Assembly (NCBI GenBank): GCA_977030845.1
Contig: OZ365109.1
Span: 52,824,001-52,888,000, forward strand
Length of the DNA: 64,000 bases
DNA from: Fimbriosthenelais zetlandica
Taxonomy: Eukaryota
Direction of reading: 5' to 3'
The notes under the pieces were generated by a model. The model was given only the letters and a program-made list of their open reading frames with translations, was not told where the DNA came from and searched no databases. Shown here one piece after another: positions 52,591 to 64,000 of the stretch; the stretch's first letter is position 1, and each line of letters opens with the position of its first letter. The position numbers and the translations under genes are program-made.

Positions 52591-55500
52591 AAACAAATTA
52601 AGATTGAAAGGCATACTGCATACTGCATAGGCATACTGGAACCTCCATGCACAACTGCCAAACCATATACATCTCATCTCCATATCTATTCTTTTGGCAT
52701 CACTCAATAAACACACCCACATGAAGTGATACCATGACAATCTATAAATCCAAATCCACTTACTATAGCTCCAATGATAGCACTAATAGGCCAAGATCGC
52801 AGTCAATTAATCACAGATAAATACCATACTAGAGTACTGTGGGGTGATTTCCCAGAATTGCCCTTAGTACGAACCTTGGAGTAAAATGATTTACTCTAAA
52901 TGCGAACTGAATATTTGAGCAACTGAACGGTTTCCAAGAACAACAAATATTATACTACGTAATGTGGAAAATGAGAGAAGAACAATTAACTGAAATCCAA
53001 ATCACCCACCAATAAAAAAAACGAATAAATATACTATATATATGTATAGTGCTTCGCGTATCCATTGTAGACTGCAGGAGTACATTTCAAAACCCACAAT
53101 TTCACACTATTTTAATTCCACATAAGGACTCATTTTGGATGATTTCTATGAACTATATTTTTCCGGCCATGTAAGTCCATGAATATTTAACCGGGGGTAC
53201 ACTGTTTAACCCGGCACCATTATCACCCCCAGCACCAGCACCACCTCCCACGCTACATGCAAACGTTACATGTTACAGACACACGTCTGTGTGACATATG
53301 TTTGGTCAATATCAGGCCTGGGGGAGACCAGCGGGGGTGCCTGAAAAAGGGGCCTCGCTCTAGCCGGCCCAGAGTGGAGGGTACTACCCCCTATAATAGT
53401 TAGTATTGTCCATGTGACCCCAGGGCCAGTTTCACATCTGGTTTGGGAATGGTTTCCATGGTGAAGTCTCTCTGAGAAGACAACATGTTCCCAGAGATGG
53501 GGTGGTGTAGGCTGCTGGGGTAGTCCACTGCTGCAGGCTGCTGGGCAGAGACCCATATGATCCAATACATGTAGGCTACATAGCCAGAGTATTGTTAGTG
53601 TATTAACTTGTACATGTTCACTCATTCAATGGTTTAGGTCTAGTGAATTCATACAGAACTACACTGGCTTATCAGTCCTGCGAAATTATCTTTAAGCCAT
53701 AGATTGATTTGATGGAATGGGTGAATGCATTTCCACTTCCAAGGGCAGAACATCTTAAAACACTGGATCAAAGACTGTTCGCATAGGTACATCGGTAGGT
53801 GTTGGTGGGGGGGGGGGGGGGGCTCATGACAAAAATCGTATTAAAAGACCCCTGACTAGTTCCATACATCTCTGTGCTATATCTGTGTTGTTATTAGGTG
53901 GTTTTGATAGTTTGGTCGTTCTGGGGGTGAGAACCCTCCCAATGTATAAGGAAGCATTAATGCAATGCAAACTGAGCTTCACTCATGTGTCACTGGAGCA
54001 GGCTATAAAGTACCGCCGACAAATGCACACTCACAGCACCAGACACCTCCTTTTGTGGACGAGGGCAAAGTTTGATTATGTTTAGTTGATTCAATTTCAG
54101 AATTAAAGTATATAGGACATGGAAATATATCCAGAACAGGATGGGGACAATTTCTTGACTGACTTATATGGGGTTTTTGGATATCAAAGACGGGTACACT
54201 TGTCACACGAGACATTCTCAAGTTATCCCACTTGTACTTTATTATAGGAAATGTCTTTACATTTCAAAGATTGACTCCCAAACCAAAATTACATTGGTGT
54301 CAATCACAATTCTTTTTTGAGTGATATCTGCCTTCAATTTATCACCTAAAATCCTTTGATTAGTTCATTTCCACTTTCAATTAGTTTCAATAGGCTTCAA
54401 TTTTCCACGCGTGACATCCGATACATGGCAGTGTGGCAAAGTAACCTGATGCATATAAACATTTGATTTGGACCAGTTTAAAAAGCAGTGCTGTTTGAAA
54501 TGTCAAGTGCCAACAGAGAGAAGATTGGGACCGTGGACAAGGCAAAAGGCCTGAAGGAAGTTGGGGAGGTTGGGGACGAAGGGGAGGGAGGGGGAACCAC
54601 CTGAAGGTTTAAAATGACAATGACATTAAAACGTGAAGGCTGACAGTAAGCCTGGCCCTGGAGCAGCGTACCAGCTGCTTCTGTGGTTGGAGGTCTGTGT
54701 ATCTAGTAGACTGACACTTATTAAACGGCCAGTCAATCAAATATGGACAATATCCTAAGGATACCATGTTTCTAAAGTGTATAGCCATATGTAAGGAACA
54801 CCAACTGAATATCCTACAACGGACCTTTCTGTAGATGTATCTAAAACATAAGACAGTGGAAATCAATTTTTGAATGGTAGTGTCACGTTGAAAGGCATTT
54901 TTGTCAACAAAAAAACTGCGGCAGATATATGGAATATGGGTTTAAGGGTTTAACCTAAGTGCAGAATTTGATGTCAGTATTACATATAAACCATGGCAGG
55001 TTGTGAAAATATAAAACCCTTTTTGGCTTCCTCCATGACACGAGGTCAGGTGCTCAGCTATTTTCACAGCCTGTGATACCGCAGCACCAGAAATTCAAAA
55101 CCCTCTCTGGGAAATGTTCTTCATAACTTTACATTGATATAAAAAAAACTTAAGAATGACTATCCAGAAGTAGTAGAAGCATGTAGACGGCCTTGGCTTT
55201 GTCCATATTTCCTTAAGATTCAATTTCATAATATTCATCTAATAATTAATGCTCTGATGCCAAAATACCAGTCAATAGAAGTTCTCAATAACAAAGCATG
55301 AACCCAAAATAATGAGTGAATGATACGTTGAAAATAAAGAGTTTCAAGATCAGAAAGGTCAGGCCTGGGAGGAGGGTAGGGGAATGTATTGTGAGATAGG
55401 AGAGTAAGATGATAGTTCAGGCTCTGGCATCCCGCTGGTCATCATTTCAACAGGTCCGCATGAGAGGCATTGGGGGAGAGGGACAGACGAACGCCCCTCT

Positions 55501-55726
55501 AAATTACAACAAGTTAAAGATACCCTTAACATATATGTATACAATAGACTAAAGGCAATTATGTTACATATTATGCATAGAAATCTTAATATGTGACTGA
55601 TGGTATTGCGATAGTTCCATTAATGAGATATGCCAAGAAACCTAATAGTAAAACATTCCCTTTAAACATGGTCATTACTGGACATATTCTCAATTGGGAC
55701 CACTCAAGGTGTGCAGTATAGCCTAA

Positions 55727-55741
55727 GGCCACCAGGTGGCC
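55727..55741. promoter_or_regulatory. CTCF-like motif (palindromic)
   Basis: GGCCACCAGGTGGCC matches the CCACCAGGTGGC core of the CTCF consensus. Confidence 0.4.
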
Positions 55742-58700
55742 ATTTCAATTGGCATGGAACTAGGATCATAGGAAATATCTTAATTAACATTCCATGGACA
55801 GTCCCGGATTAAAAATCTCCATTAGATTATCTGATAAGAAGAATCCAAATTCCGGAACTAATGGTTCATAAAATGCGATCGGCATTCCATCATTTTGCTT
55901 TGGGGAGTGCTAATAAATTTCAAGGCTGGAGGAGGCTTGGAAATAAATTACCTCTCTCATTCTTCTTCCCCTTTTCTCGAGGGCGTTACACTCGTTGGTT
56001 TTTGGTTGAAATTCAACACCTTAACCAACGCCCGCCGTTTACACTGGTGTCCAGAGGGGCAACTTCGACACTGGTCATTTGTAAACAAAGCCAGAACAAA
56101 TCACCATATAGATGACCATTGGCCACCCTCTAACAAAAGCTGACCAGTGCTGCCAGCCTCGGGGGCTTGAAAACACGATCTACATCCCAAGATATCAATT
56201 CACTCCTCCCTCAATATATGCTAAAAACAGGTTATACGAGATAAAAATAGCCCATTTTTTCAGTAACTGCATTTCCCTATTGTAAATTGCCTCTAGTGGT
56301 ATCACAGAGGAAATATACATATTTCATACTCATGATATATTATTTAAGGCAATGGGTGGTTTGTTATTAATACAGTCTACCTGTGTGTGTGTTTTTAGTT
56401 CCAACCTGAGGGACGGTCCTGCTCTTTCACACCCAGAGGGTAGCCTCAAGGTCGTTGGAAGGTCAAAGCTCGGACTAATGACAACAGTTAGGACGAATGT
56501 GAGACACATACGGGTCAACAAGGTCGTCCGTCTTTTCTCCACTCTCAGCTTTTCCATGGCTTTAACAAGAGATCTTGAACGGCAAGTTTTGATTGATTGT
56601 TTGAATCCTTTAAAGAGCCATGTGTAGCGGTGGTGAATAGTGTCAATATATTCTCACACCCCCAGGGCACCGTGTATAAAACCTGCAGTCTTCATGCTCT
56701 CTGAATTTTAAAGTTCCAGCTTGTATGAGATATTCATTACTCTCAGATTTATACACAAGTAATTCAGTAACTGTGTATTAGCGATCTGGGACATCAGTCT
56801 TCAACTGAGCCATTGTACAATATGTGTATCGTTTGACAATGTGCCTTTTCTATCAATGCAAATACGTTACACCAGTACAGTGTATATGAGTGGAACAAAT
56901 CACCTTCCTGAACATGTAAGTACATCGAACAGACATCAAAAGGCGAAGCAAAATCTACACAATGACTTCTCATACAAGAAGAAATGCACTGCAAAGATTC
57001 AAGAAAGGCATCACAGATTCTTTTCAAAATTCCCCTCAGAATTGTTTTCCATCATTTCAAAGGGCAAAAAAATCTCCAAGAGGGTGGAGCCATGGCTGTG
57101 GGAGTGTATATTGCTTTGGTTATGATAGTGATTATTATGTTTTAGCACCAGCACCACAAACAGGCTGATATCAATGTAAGGACAAAGCTGAGCTTCTCAG
57201 GGGTTCTGACCTCAGCAGACAAGCCTCATATTGTAGTATGGAGCAGGGTGCTGTGGGATCTCTCCAAAACCTCCTCACCAACGTGGGTGTTTGTTTAGTG
57301 TGTTGGAAATAACATCATGTGTGCCACAAAATCAAAGTCTTCCTGGCATCTTCTGATAGCAAGGTTATGGCTCTTCAGAGAAACTACCAGTGGATTGCTT
57401 ATTGGGCATGAAAATTACTGAATTTTGCATTTGTCAGGTTTTCCAATTCTCAATACCTTTCAGGGGGAATGGAGATAAATTTCAGGTTCTGGAAAACCTA
57501 AAACATTTGGCAGTTAATGTAACCATAAAGTGAGCATACAGATACGTTGCGATATTAGCCTTATTATATAGTGCGAGGTTTCACTTCTTGCTATATTAGG
57601 TCAATCTGATAGACTCCACCAAGAAGCTATATAGACTGATGTGATTCAAGCCAATCTAAAAAAAGAAATTGTTGTACATCAGTCCAGTCAATGTCACCTT
57701 GATGTAGCTACCATCTTTTACCAACCATTGATATAGCAAATCGGAAATGGCTGGATGTATGTAGCCAGTATAATCCCTCACTCCACCATTCAGTATGACA
57801 GGCCTGAGATCCACCATAATTGCCCTCCTTTGTGATCATAAATGATCCAGTAAATATATCTTAAAAATGTAAACGATGGAGATGCAATAAAATTGGCAAA
57901 TGGCAAGTGGATTTGTAAAGGTTGATGGAGGACATTTTGGTGCATTTTCTCTGGGGAAAGCCTGGGCTATTTTTCGACTGGAGTGATCTCACCTTTCAGG
58001 TGTTTTGTGGCGGTAGCTTTTGATGTGGCAATGTACAGGTGGATGTGACGGTCGCCAGTCTGGGCCCAATGTCGCTCAAGAATGACTCATATTCCCCCTC
58101 AAGTATTTCATGTCCCCGTTTTAGTGCAGGCTCCATATTTCCTATACAGATCTATAAAGTGGCTATTGAGGTGAGCACTGGGAACAACCTGCGTTCATCT
58201 GTGGTAAACTTCATTAAGGAAACCTCACTGAGTTTTCCTTAGGCGAAAAACCGAGGAACAACTGTTGCCAGGGCGAGGTTAAAATGGTTATTATACCCAG
58301 TTTACACACGGTGATTAGACAATTACCTGTGTATACCCGACTCTTTTGTAGGTGAACCTTGCCAAAAATGGCTCTCATCAAGCACAGAGTCAGGCTGGGG
58401 AGGATGAGAAATGAAGATGAAAAATGAAGATGGATACAATCTGGGGTTACTTATTGAGAAGAAAAGGGCAATTTTTATCATTGAGTTTGCACAATGTCAG
58501 TAACAATGTCAGCCAGCCTCCACTGGCCTACAAACAGGGTTACTTATACACACAGCGATCCATCACACTTTAATGACACAATGGCTGAATACGTCTAGAG
58601 ATTACATTTACAGAAGGTACATTTAAAAGAGAAAAGTTTGCCTTCTCCTTCCGCATTAGATGCAGCAGAAGGACATAATACGTGGAGGCAGGGATAAATC

Positions 58701-59461
58701 ATCCAGACCTCAATGAGACACAAGTTTTTACATTTACATTGAATCTGTGTTACATCCCTCATGAACATATCATTTTAATGTAAAAACTTGTAAGTTAAAA
58801 ATTGACTGCGAAGAGACTGAAAACATATCAGTATATCACAATCTGAATTGTGAATAAATGAACTTAGATCATGGAACTGCCTGAAAACTATCTTCAGCTA
58901 TCTCCAATCTGAAAGTTAATATACCTTACTTCCTGCATCTCTGAACCCATAGTATAGGTCAATCAATGACTTAAGCATGCCCAGCCGACCAAGAATGGGA
59001 AGTCAATCAAGGGAGTACAAAGTTGCGAGTAACCTGAATACCACTAAAGTGGCAAAGATTGGAGATCAATCACTTTTCACTAGAAATCCAGCACCATAAA
59101 TATACACAAATATATTGTAATGTTCAGCCGATAGAGATCAAGGTGACCCCAATATTTCAGGGTCTACATTCTCATGGTAATAGTATCCTTGTAGAAGAGT
59201 CATCAAGAACCATTTATCAACTATTTCAATGCACCATTTTACTTACAAATGCAGAGATGTAGAAATATGTTGAAGTTAAAGCATAGACAAATATTAACAC
59301 TTGATATATAGTTGTTCATCAGTCTATGCTTTAAGATATAGGCAACAGCCAATTGCGAGAGGAATGTAAAAGAATCATTGCCGCCATTAGAGAAGAGCAG
59401 GCCATTGTATAGCTACTGCCTGTTTCCTTCTCTTCCTGGGATAGGTATTTTGTACTTCCTG

Positions 59462-59477
59462 AGGTCAGGAAAGGTCA
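59462..59477 (+). promoter_or_regulatory. Perfect DR4 nuclear-receptor response element
   Basis: AGGTCA-GGAA-AGGTCA; further AGGTCA at 59669 and 59706. Function untested. Confidence 0.45.
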
Positions 59478-60233
59478 ATGATCCATCTATATTACCATAG
59501 GGGAATCGCATGATGTATAGCCATCTTCTGCCTATGGTATGGCCATCATGCCCATGTAGCATTACATGGGGTGAGACAGTGGAATCTCCTGCTATTATCG
59601 CCCATTAGGACCAGCCCCCTAGCAGCTCACCATGTAACAAGTCATGTAATAGTGGTCACGTGTCCCCCAGGTCAGGTGACCATCTCTAACTCGCCTGATT
59701 GGTCCAGGTCAATGATGTTGATATCAAGCTGAGCATGTGCCAACATTTCCCGCCAAAATACACACAGCCCTGGGCACAGACACTGAATGCTGGTGGGAGG
59801 CCAGAATAATGGAGACAGGGCCAGTACTGAACACATCTCCCACCTTGTCCTTGATAAGTCCTACCACAGTCAATATAAACTTCCTATAATTTGCCACGAA
59901 GCAGAACTTTTACCCAAAAATCAAATGATGAAATATATGTGGGATGATGATCTCACTGCCTATCACTTAAAGTATGACATTTCCAGCTGCCCACTACGTC
60001 TGAACACAATTAAGTGGTATGAAAATAAGATTTTAATAAATTTCCCATTGCCTAAAGCGTGACATATGGACATATTTTACACTCCCAGGGTAGATGAGGG
60101 CCTGCGGGAGCAAGCTGGATGCCCACATGAAATTTCGAAGTTCATCATATCTAAGAGGAGGGCCAGAATGGCAACGATCAACGCTAGTAAAACATACTTA
60201 CAATTTGTACCTCAAGTTTCTTAAAGGCGAATG

Positions 60234-60275
60234 TCTTACCTGTAAGATAAAAGACAAACAGTTTGTAAGAATTAA
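60234..60275 (-). other. Candidate recursive splice site (3'SS immediately followed by 5'SS)
   Basis: Minus strand TTAAT-TCTTACAAAC-TGTTTGTCTTTTATCTTACAG|GTAAGA, junction between 60240 and 60239. Confidence 0.5.
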
Positions 60276-63200
60276 TCAAATAACACGACAATTAGAACAT
60301 AACATATCACTAGAATCAAATGAACTCAAAATCATTAGGAATAGGACAGTGAGGTGTGCTATAGTACACGAGTGTTACAGTTCTTCATCCCATCCATCTC
60401 CACCTAAATGGTCAAAAGAGACAATCTACCAGCCCTTATATAGGGGTAGACTACCTACCCTGTCTGAGCTGTCTGAGGCAAAACGAAGAAGGTCTTGACC
60501 TCAACTCAAAATTCTATTATCCTAACCACAGATCATGATTATGGTGGCATGGAGGAACTAGAGCCATGCTTCACCTGAGGTCGAACTATTTGGGACACTC
60601 CGAGACCTGATCATTTTCAAAAGTGATAGTCATCATAGACATGTGGGGTATATGTTATGTGAGGGGTGTGTACTATTGACATAAGAAGGAGGGTATTTTG
60701 GCTTAAATAGGGACAAACACTCGTAAGATTAAATGCATCAATGATGACAAAATAACAGCAACATCAATGTATTTCATATAGGACTACATTTAGAGCTGAA
60801 AATTCCTGACCATCCATATGTGCGCAGTTCCCAATGATAATTCTACATAAAACTGGCATAACCTTCAAGAAGATGATGTGGAAAATAGTGCCAAATGTTT
60901 GATGTGACAGATATATTCTGCTGATTTAAATTGACAAGGGAGCAAGGTAGTCTATGATATAAATGTGACGCCAGGTTGACATGTTCAGTTGTAGGAGAGC
61001 TCTGAATGGGCCCAATAAACACATGAACATATTATCAATTTTAAATCTCATTCAAAGCAGTCAAGTCTGGCTTCTAAGTTCATATCGCCGTCACAACTGG
61101 AAAGGGTCATCAGACTGTTGGCTGGATCGCCCTGGGACTACCATGTATGAAAGTATAATAAATATGAACAGGGTTTATAGCAGTGACAACCTGCCTATGG
61201 CTCGGCTAACTCCCATCTTCAGGTTGCGGAGATAAAATCGCTTTTATAAACATGGCCCATACAAACTTGATGACCGAGGGGTCAACCTTCAATCTTAAGT
61301 GCTTCCTGAGTGCTAGCAGATCTCGTAAGGAGATTTCACAAGTGGTTTATAGAGACAGGCTATTTGGTATATCAATTTAGGTGATCAGACTCTCTGGTGT
61401 GTATGGATATTATAGCATACATTGAGACTGACTGGTACATGATGCATGAGATTGTGACTTGAGACCATGTCCACAAAAGTGAGTAAAATGGCAGTTTCAG
61501 TTAGCTAAACAACATTTTTTCTGTTCTTTTTAGCAGGCAATGTATGCCAAGATACATACATCTCAAATATCAAATGTCAATTCCGGTGAAAAATGGGTGT
61601 TTTGAGAAGGGCATGCGAAAAAGAATAGATATTCAAATTAATGAGCAATAAAGTGAATATCAACTGGTCAAATCAGTCTCAAAAACCAAACATGGATCCG
61701 TCTTAAATCGATAGCTTGCATCTGGATGTACTCCAGGCTCAGCTGGCTTCTTTTTGGATCATTGTGGAGAGCCCTGCTGGATCCTTGTAGTCAGCAGACA
61801 TGTAGACTAGACACACGGCCGATCAAAAAACACTAGAATAGAGAGTGGGAAGAGAAGGGGGAGAATAATATAGAGAGAGATGGAAGTCCCGGCCTAGATA
61901 GGAACCAACACAACCTAGAGACCCGGCTACTTTAGTCTATCATTAAACACACACAGACCAGACAACACATAAGGATGGTGAGCTCTGTCAGAGAGCCCAG
62001 GTGAAGTCCAGGGGTTTCCCTCGTATATATATAAAACCAACAGTTATGTGGGCAGGTGAGGGGTGGTTAGCAAAGGTATCCAGTCAGTAAATCAGTGAGA
62101 AAACCTATAGTCATACATCAAAGATTCAACACCCCATTTAAAGGTAATAAGCAACAGGTGTAAAGGGCTTTCCCATACAATGTATAGGAGTATTAGAAGG
62201 GTTCTTAAATGACAACCTGAACCACCACACTATTTTAAGACAACGCTTGACTTTTCTGCATATATCCCCTCCCTTCCTCCATAGAAACAATCGGAGCAAA
62301 AGGTGTAATCAAAGGACAATTTTGCTAAGATATATCATTGATAAATCTGTTTCTATTATGAAACTAGTTTTAATTCAGTCAGTGCTTTGTTTTGGTATAT
62401 ACCGTTAAACTAAGTAAGTTGATCAGGAATGCTATAAATAATTCAGCTCCGAGCTGCTCTTTAAGACTTAGCAACATGTATACTATGTCATTGTAATATG
62501 AAGTAGGACCCAACTGGGAGCCATCTGTTCCCCTTGTTCTACACCACGATTAAGTGCACCTAAGCCACTGGGTTCATGACATATTGTTGAGCTACTGAGA
62601 TTGATATTCTTGTTGGATCATCCCTGGAGGAAGGTGATCCAAGGCAGCATCACAGACACTGGAGGTGTGTTTACAAACAGGAAGACAGGGGGAGCAGTAC
62701 CTCCAGACCAGCCTACCCACCTGGCTACCAGTGGTTAGAGAGAGAAAGAGAAAGTCCAAGACAACTTCAAACACCTTCAGAGGGTCCTCCCTTATTCTAT
62801 CTCAATAATAAACTCACAAATGATCGCCACCTAAGTCAAGAAGGAAGCTTGTTTTAAAACTGTTGGTATTCGGAGTTATTATTCTTTAGTTATCGAGAAG
62901 ATTACCACGGGCGTTTTGAGCAACTCGTAGATATTGGACTAGGCCTATGCTATCATGGAACAACAAAAGTCTAAACATATCTTCCATGGATAATCTTAAT
63001 AAAAGTCTTCCTTTGATACATTGACATGAATGATGTGCTGCCTGCTGTATAACTTCAATATATTATCTCATTATCACAAGAAATGATGGATTAGCAAAAC
63101 AAATGGTAACTTAAATCATCCATTTTTTTTAAATTTATTTATAATACATGTATACACCCTGCTGAGGTATCAGTGTAAAATATATGATAATAGACTAGAG

Positions 63201-64000
63201 GGAGGGTCTGGTGTGAGGGTTTGGTGGAGAGAGTGAGAGTGAGGGACTTAGTGACAGAATGTGTCACAGTATCTATGACAGATGACTGCCGCCGAAGCAA
63301 TGGAAAGTTTCATCATAATATCATTTATAGAGGGTTGAACATGAGAAAGGATGAATCTAATGAATCGATGAATGAAAAGGACAAGTTGGAAGCTAAACCA
63401 TGGGAAGACCTCCCAGCAAGTTGATGCCAAAATCTGCCTGAAATTCTTCCCACAATCTCTAGTCAGTATCTAGATTCTATATGAGACTAACCTGATTGCC
63501 AACATAATTTCTCAACCTCTATATTTCTCTCAAGAGAGAGATAAGCCAGAATTTCATAGAGCCATTTACTAATCTGAAGGAGCACCCACTTCCAACATAT
63601 AGGACAATAAGATCTATGGTAAGATTAAATATGATCCAGCCTACAAATGGGCAATAAATCACATAAAACCTAAATAACAAAGTGATTGCTGACATTTCCT
63701 CTTCCGACCTCTTGACATATCTACTACATGGGAATATATTTATATAAATTCCAACACGCGTAGAAGCCTATCAGATAGCATGTCAGATATATATGTGCCA
63801 AATCTCTTGCTATCTTGACTTCTCTTCCATCTGCCAGCTCTCTCTTGCAAACCCCTGCCATCATCTGACCTCTTCAACTCTGACCCCAGAGGTCGGCCTA
63901 AGCACACCTGTAGGTTGATATCAACACAGTCCTTTGCTCTGAAGCATTTGATAGTGGGAGGATGAAATATTTGGTTTACGTCCGAGGGTCTGGCAGCATT

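Larger units (their letters stand above)
34384..64000 (-). other. Probable large 5' intron of the laminin gamma gene (at least 29.6 kb; donor outside window)
   Basis: Strong acceptor at 34384-34400 needs a phase-1 upstream exon. No signal-peptide/LN N-terminal sequence was found among minus-strand ORFs or by eye. Confidence 0.75.

Noticed and set aside
57656-57830. 53-aa minus-strand ORF preceded by a Shine-Dalgarno-like AAGGAGG (possible bacterial insert)
   Set aside because: Isolated and short, no recognisable homology, no neighbouring operon-like ORFs; chance is plausible.
60094-60498. 134-aa plus-strand ORF containing MKFRSS, like laminin LKFRSS
   Set aside because: Five-residue coincidence on the wrong strand with no further similarity.
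525-63430. Remaining short ORFs of the six-frame track
   Set aside because: They are antisense or alternative-frame shadows of laminin exons, low-complexity translations, or of lengths expected by chance, with no recognisable domains.

Overview
Eukaryotic, AT-rich genomic DNA, most likely from a bilaterian invertebrate (mollusc or other lophotrochozoan is an inference from repeat style only). It is dominated by one minus-strand gene encoding a laminin gamma-1 type chain (LAMC1/LanB2 orthologue). I traced 26 coding exons by hand from 34383 to the TAA stop at 4698-4700. All have AG/GT boundaries and compatible phases (4478 nt, about 1492 aa): most of the LN domain, LE repeats, L4 domain, LE repeats with the NIDPNAV nidogen-binding loop, and the coiled coil. 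The first coding exon(s) (signal peptide and start of LN) were not found, so 34384-64000 is read as at least 29.6 kb of one large 5' intron. The remainder is intronic or flanking DNA with MITE-like remnants, minisatellites, a tRNA-Gly-derived Pol III-like unit and several motif clusters. Best candidates for new biology: a recursive-splicing (ratchet) site in the giant intron (60239/60240), a nuclear-receptor element cluster with a perfect DR4 next to it, an AP-1 cluster in a long intron, a recurring palindromic element family, a hairpin with a Kozak-initiated micro-ORF, and a C-terminal extension past the integrin-critical Glu. No CRISPR, rRNA or prokaryotic genes were seen. Nearly all non-laminin ORFs in the track look spurious.
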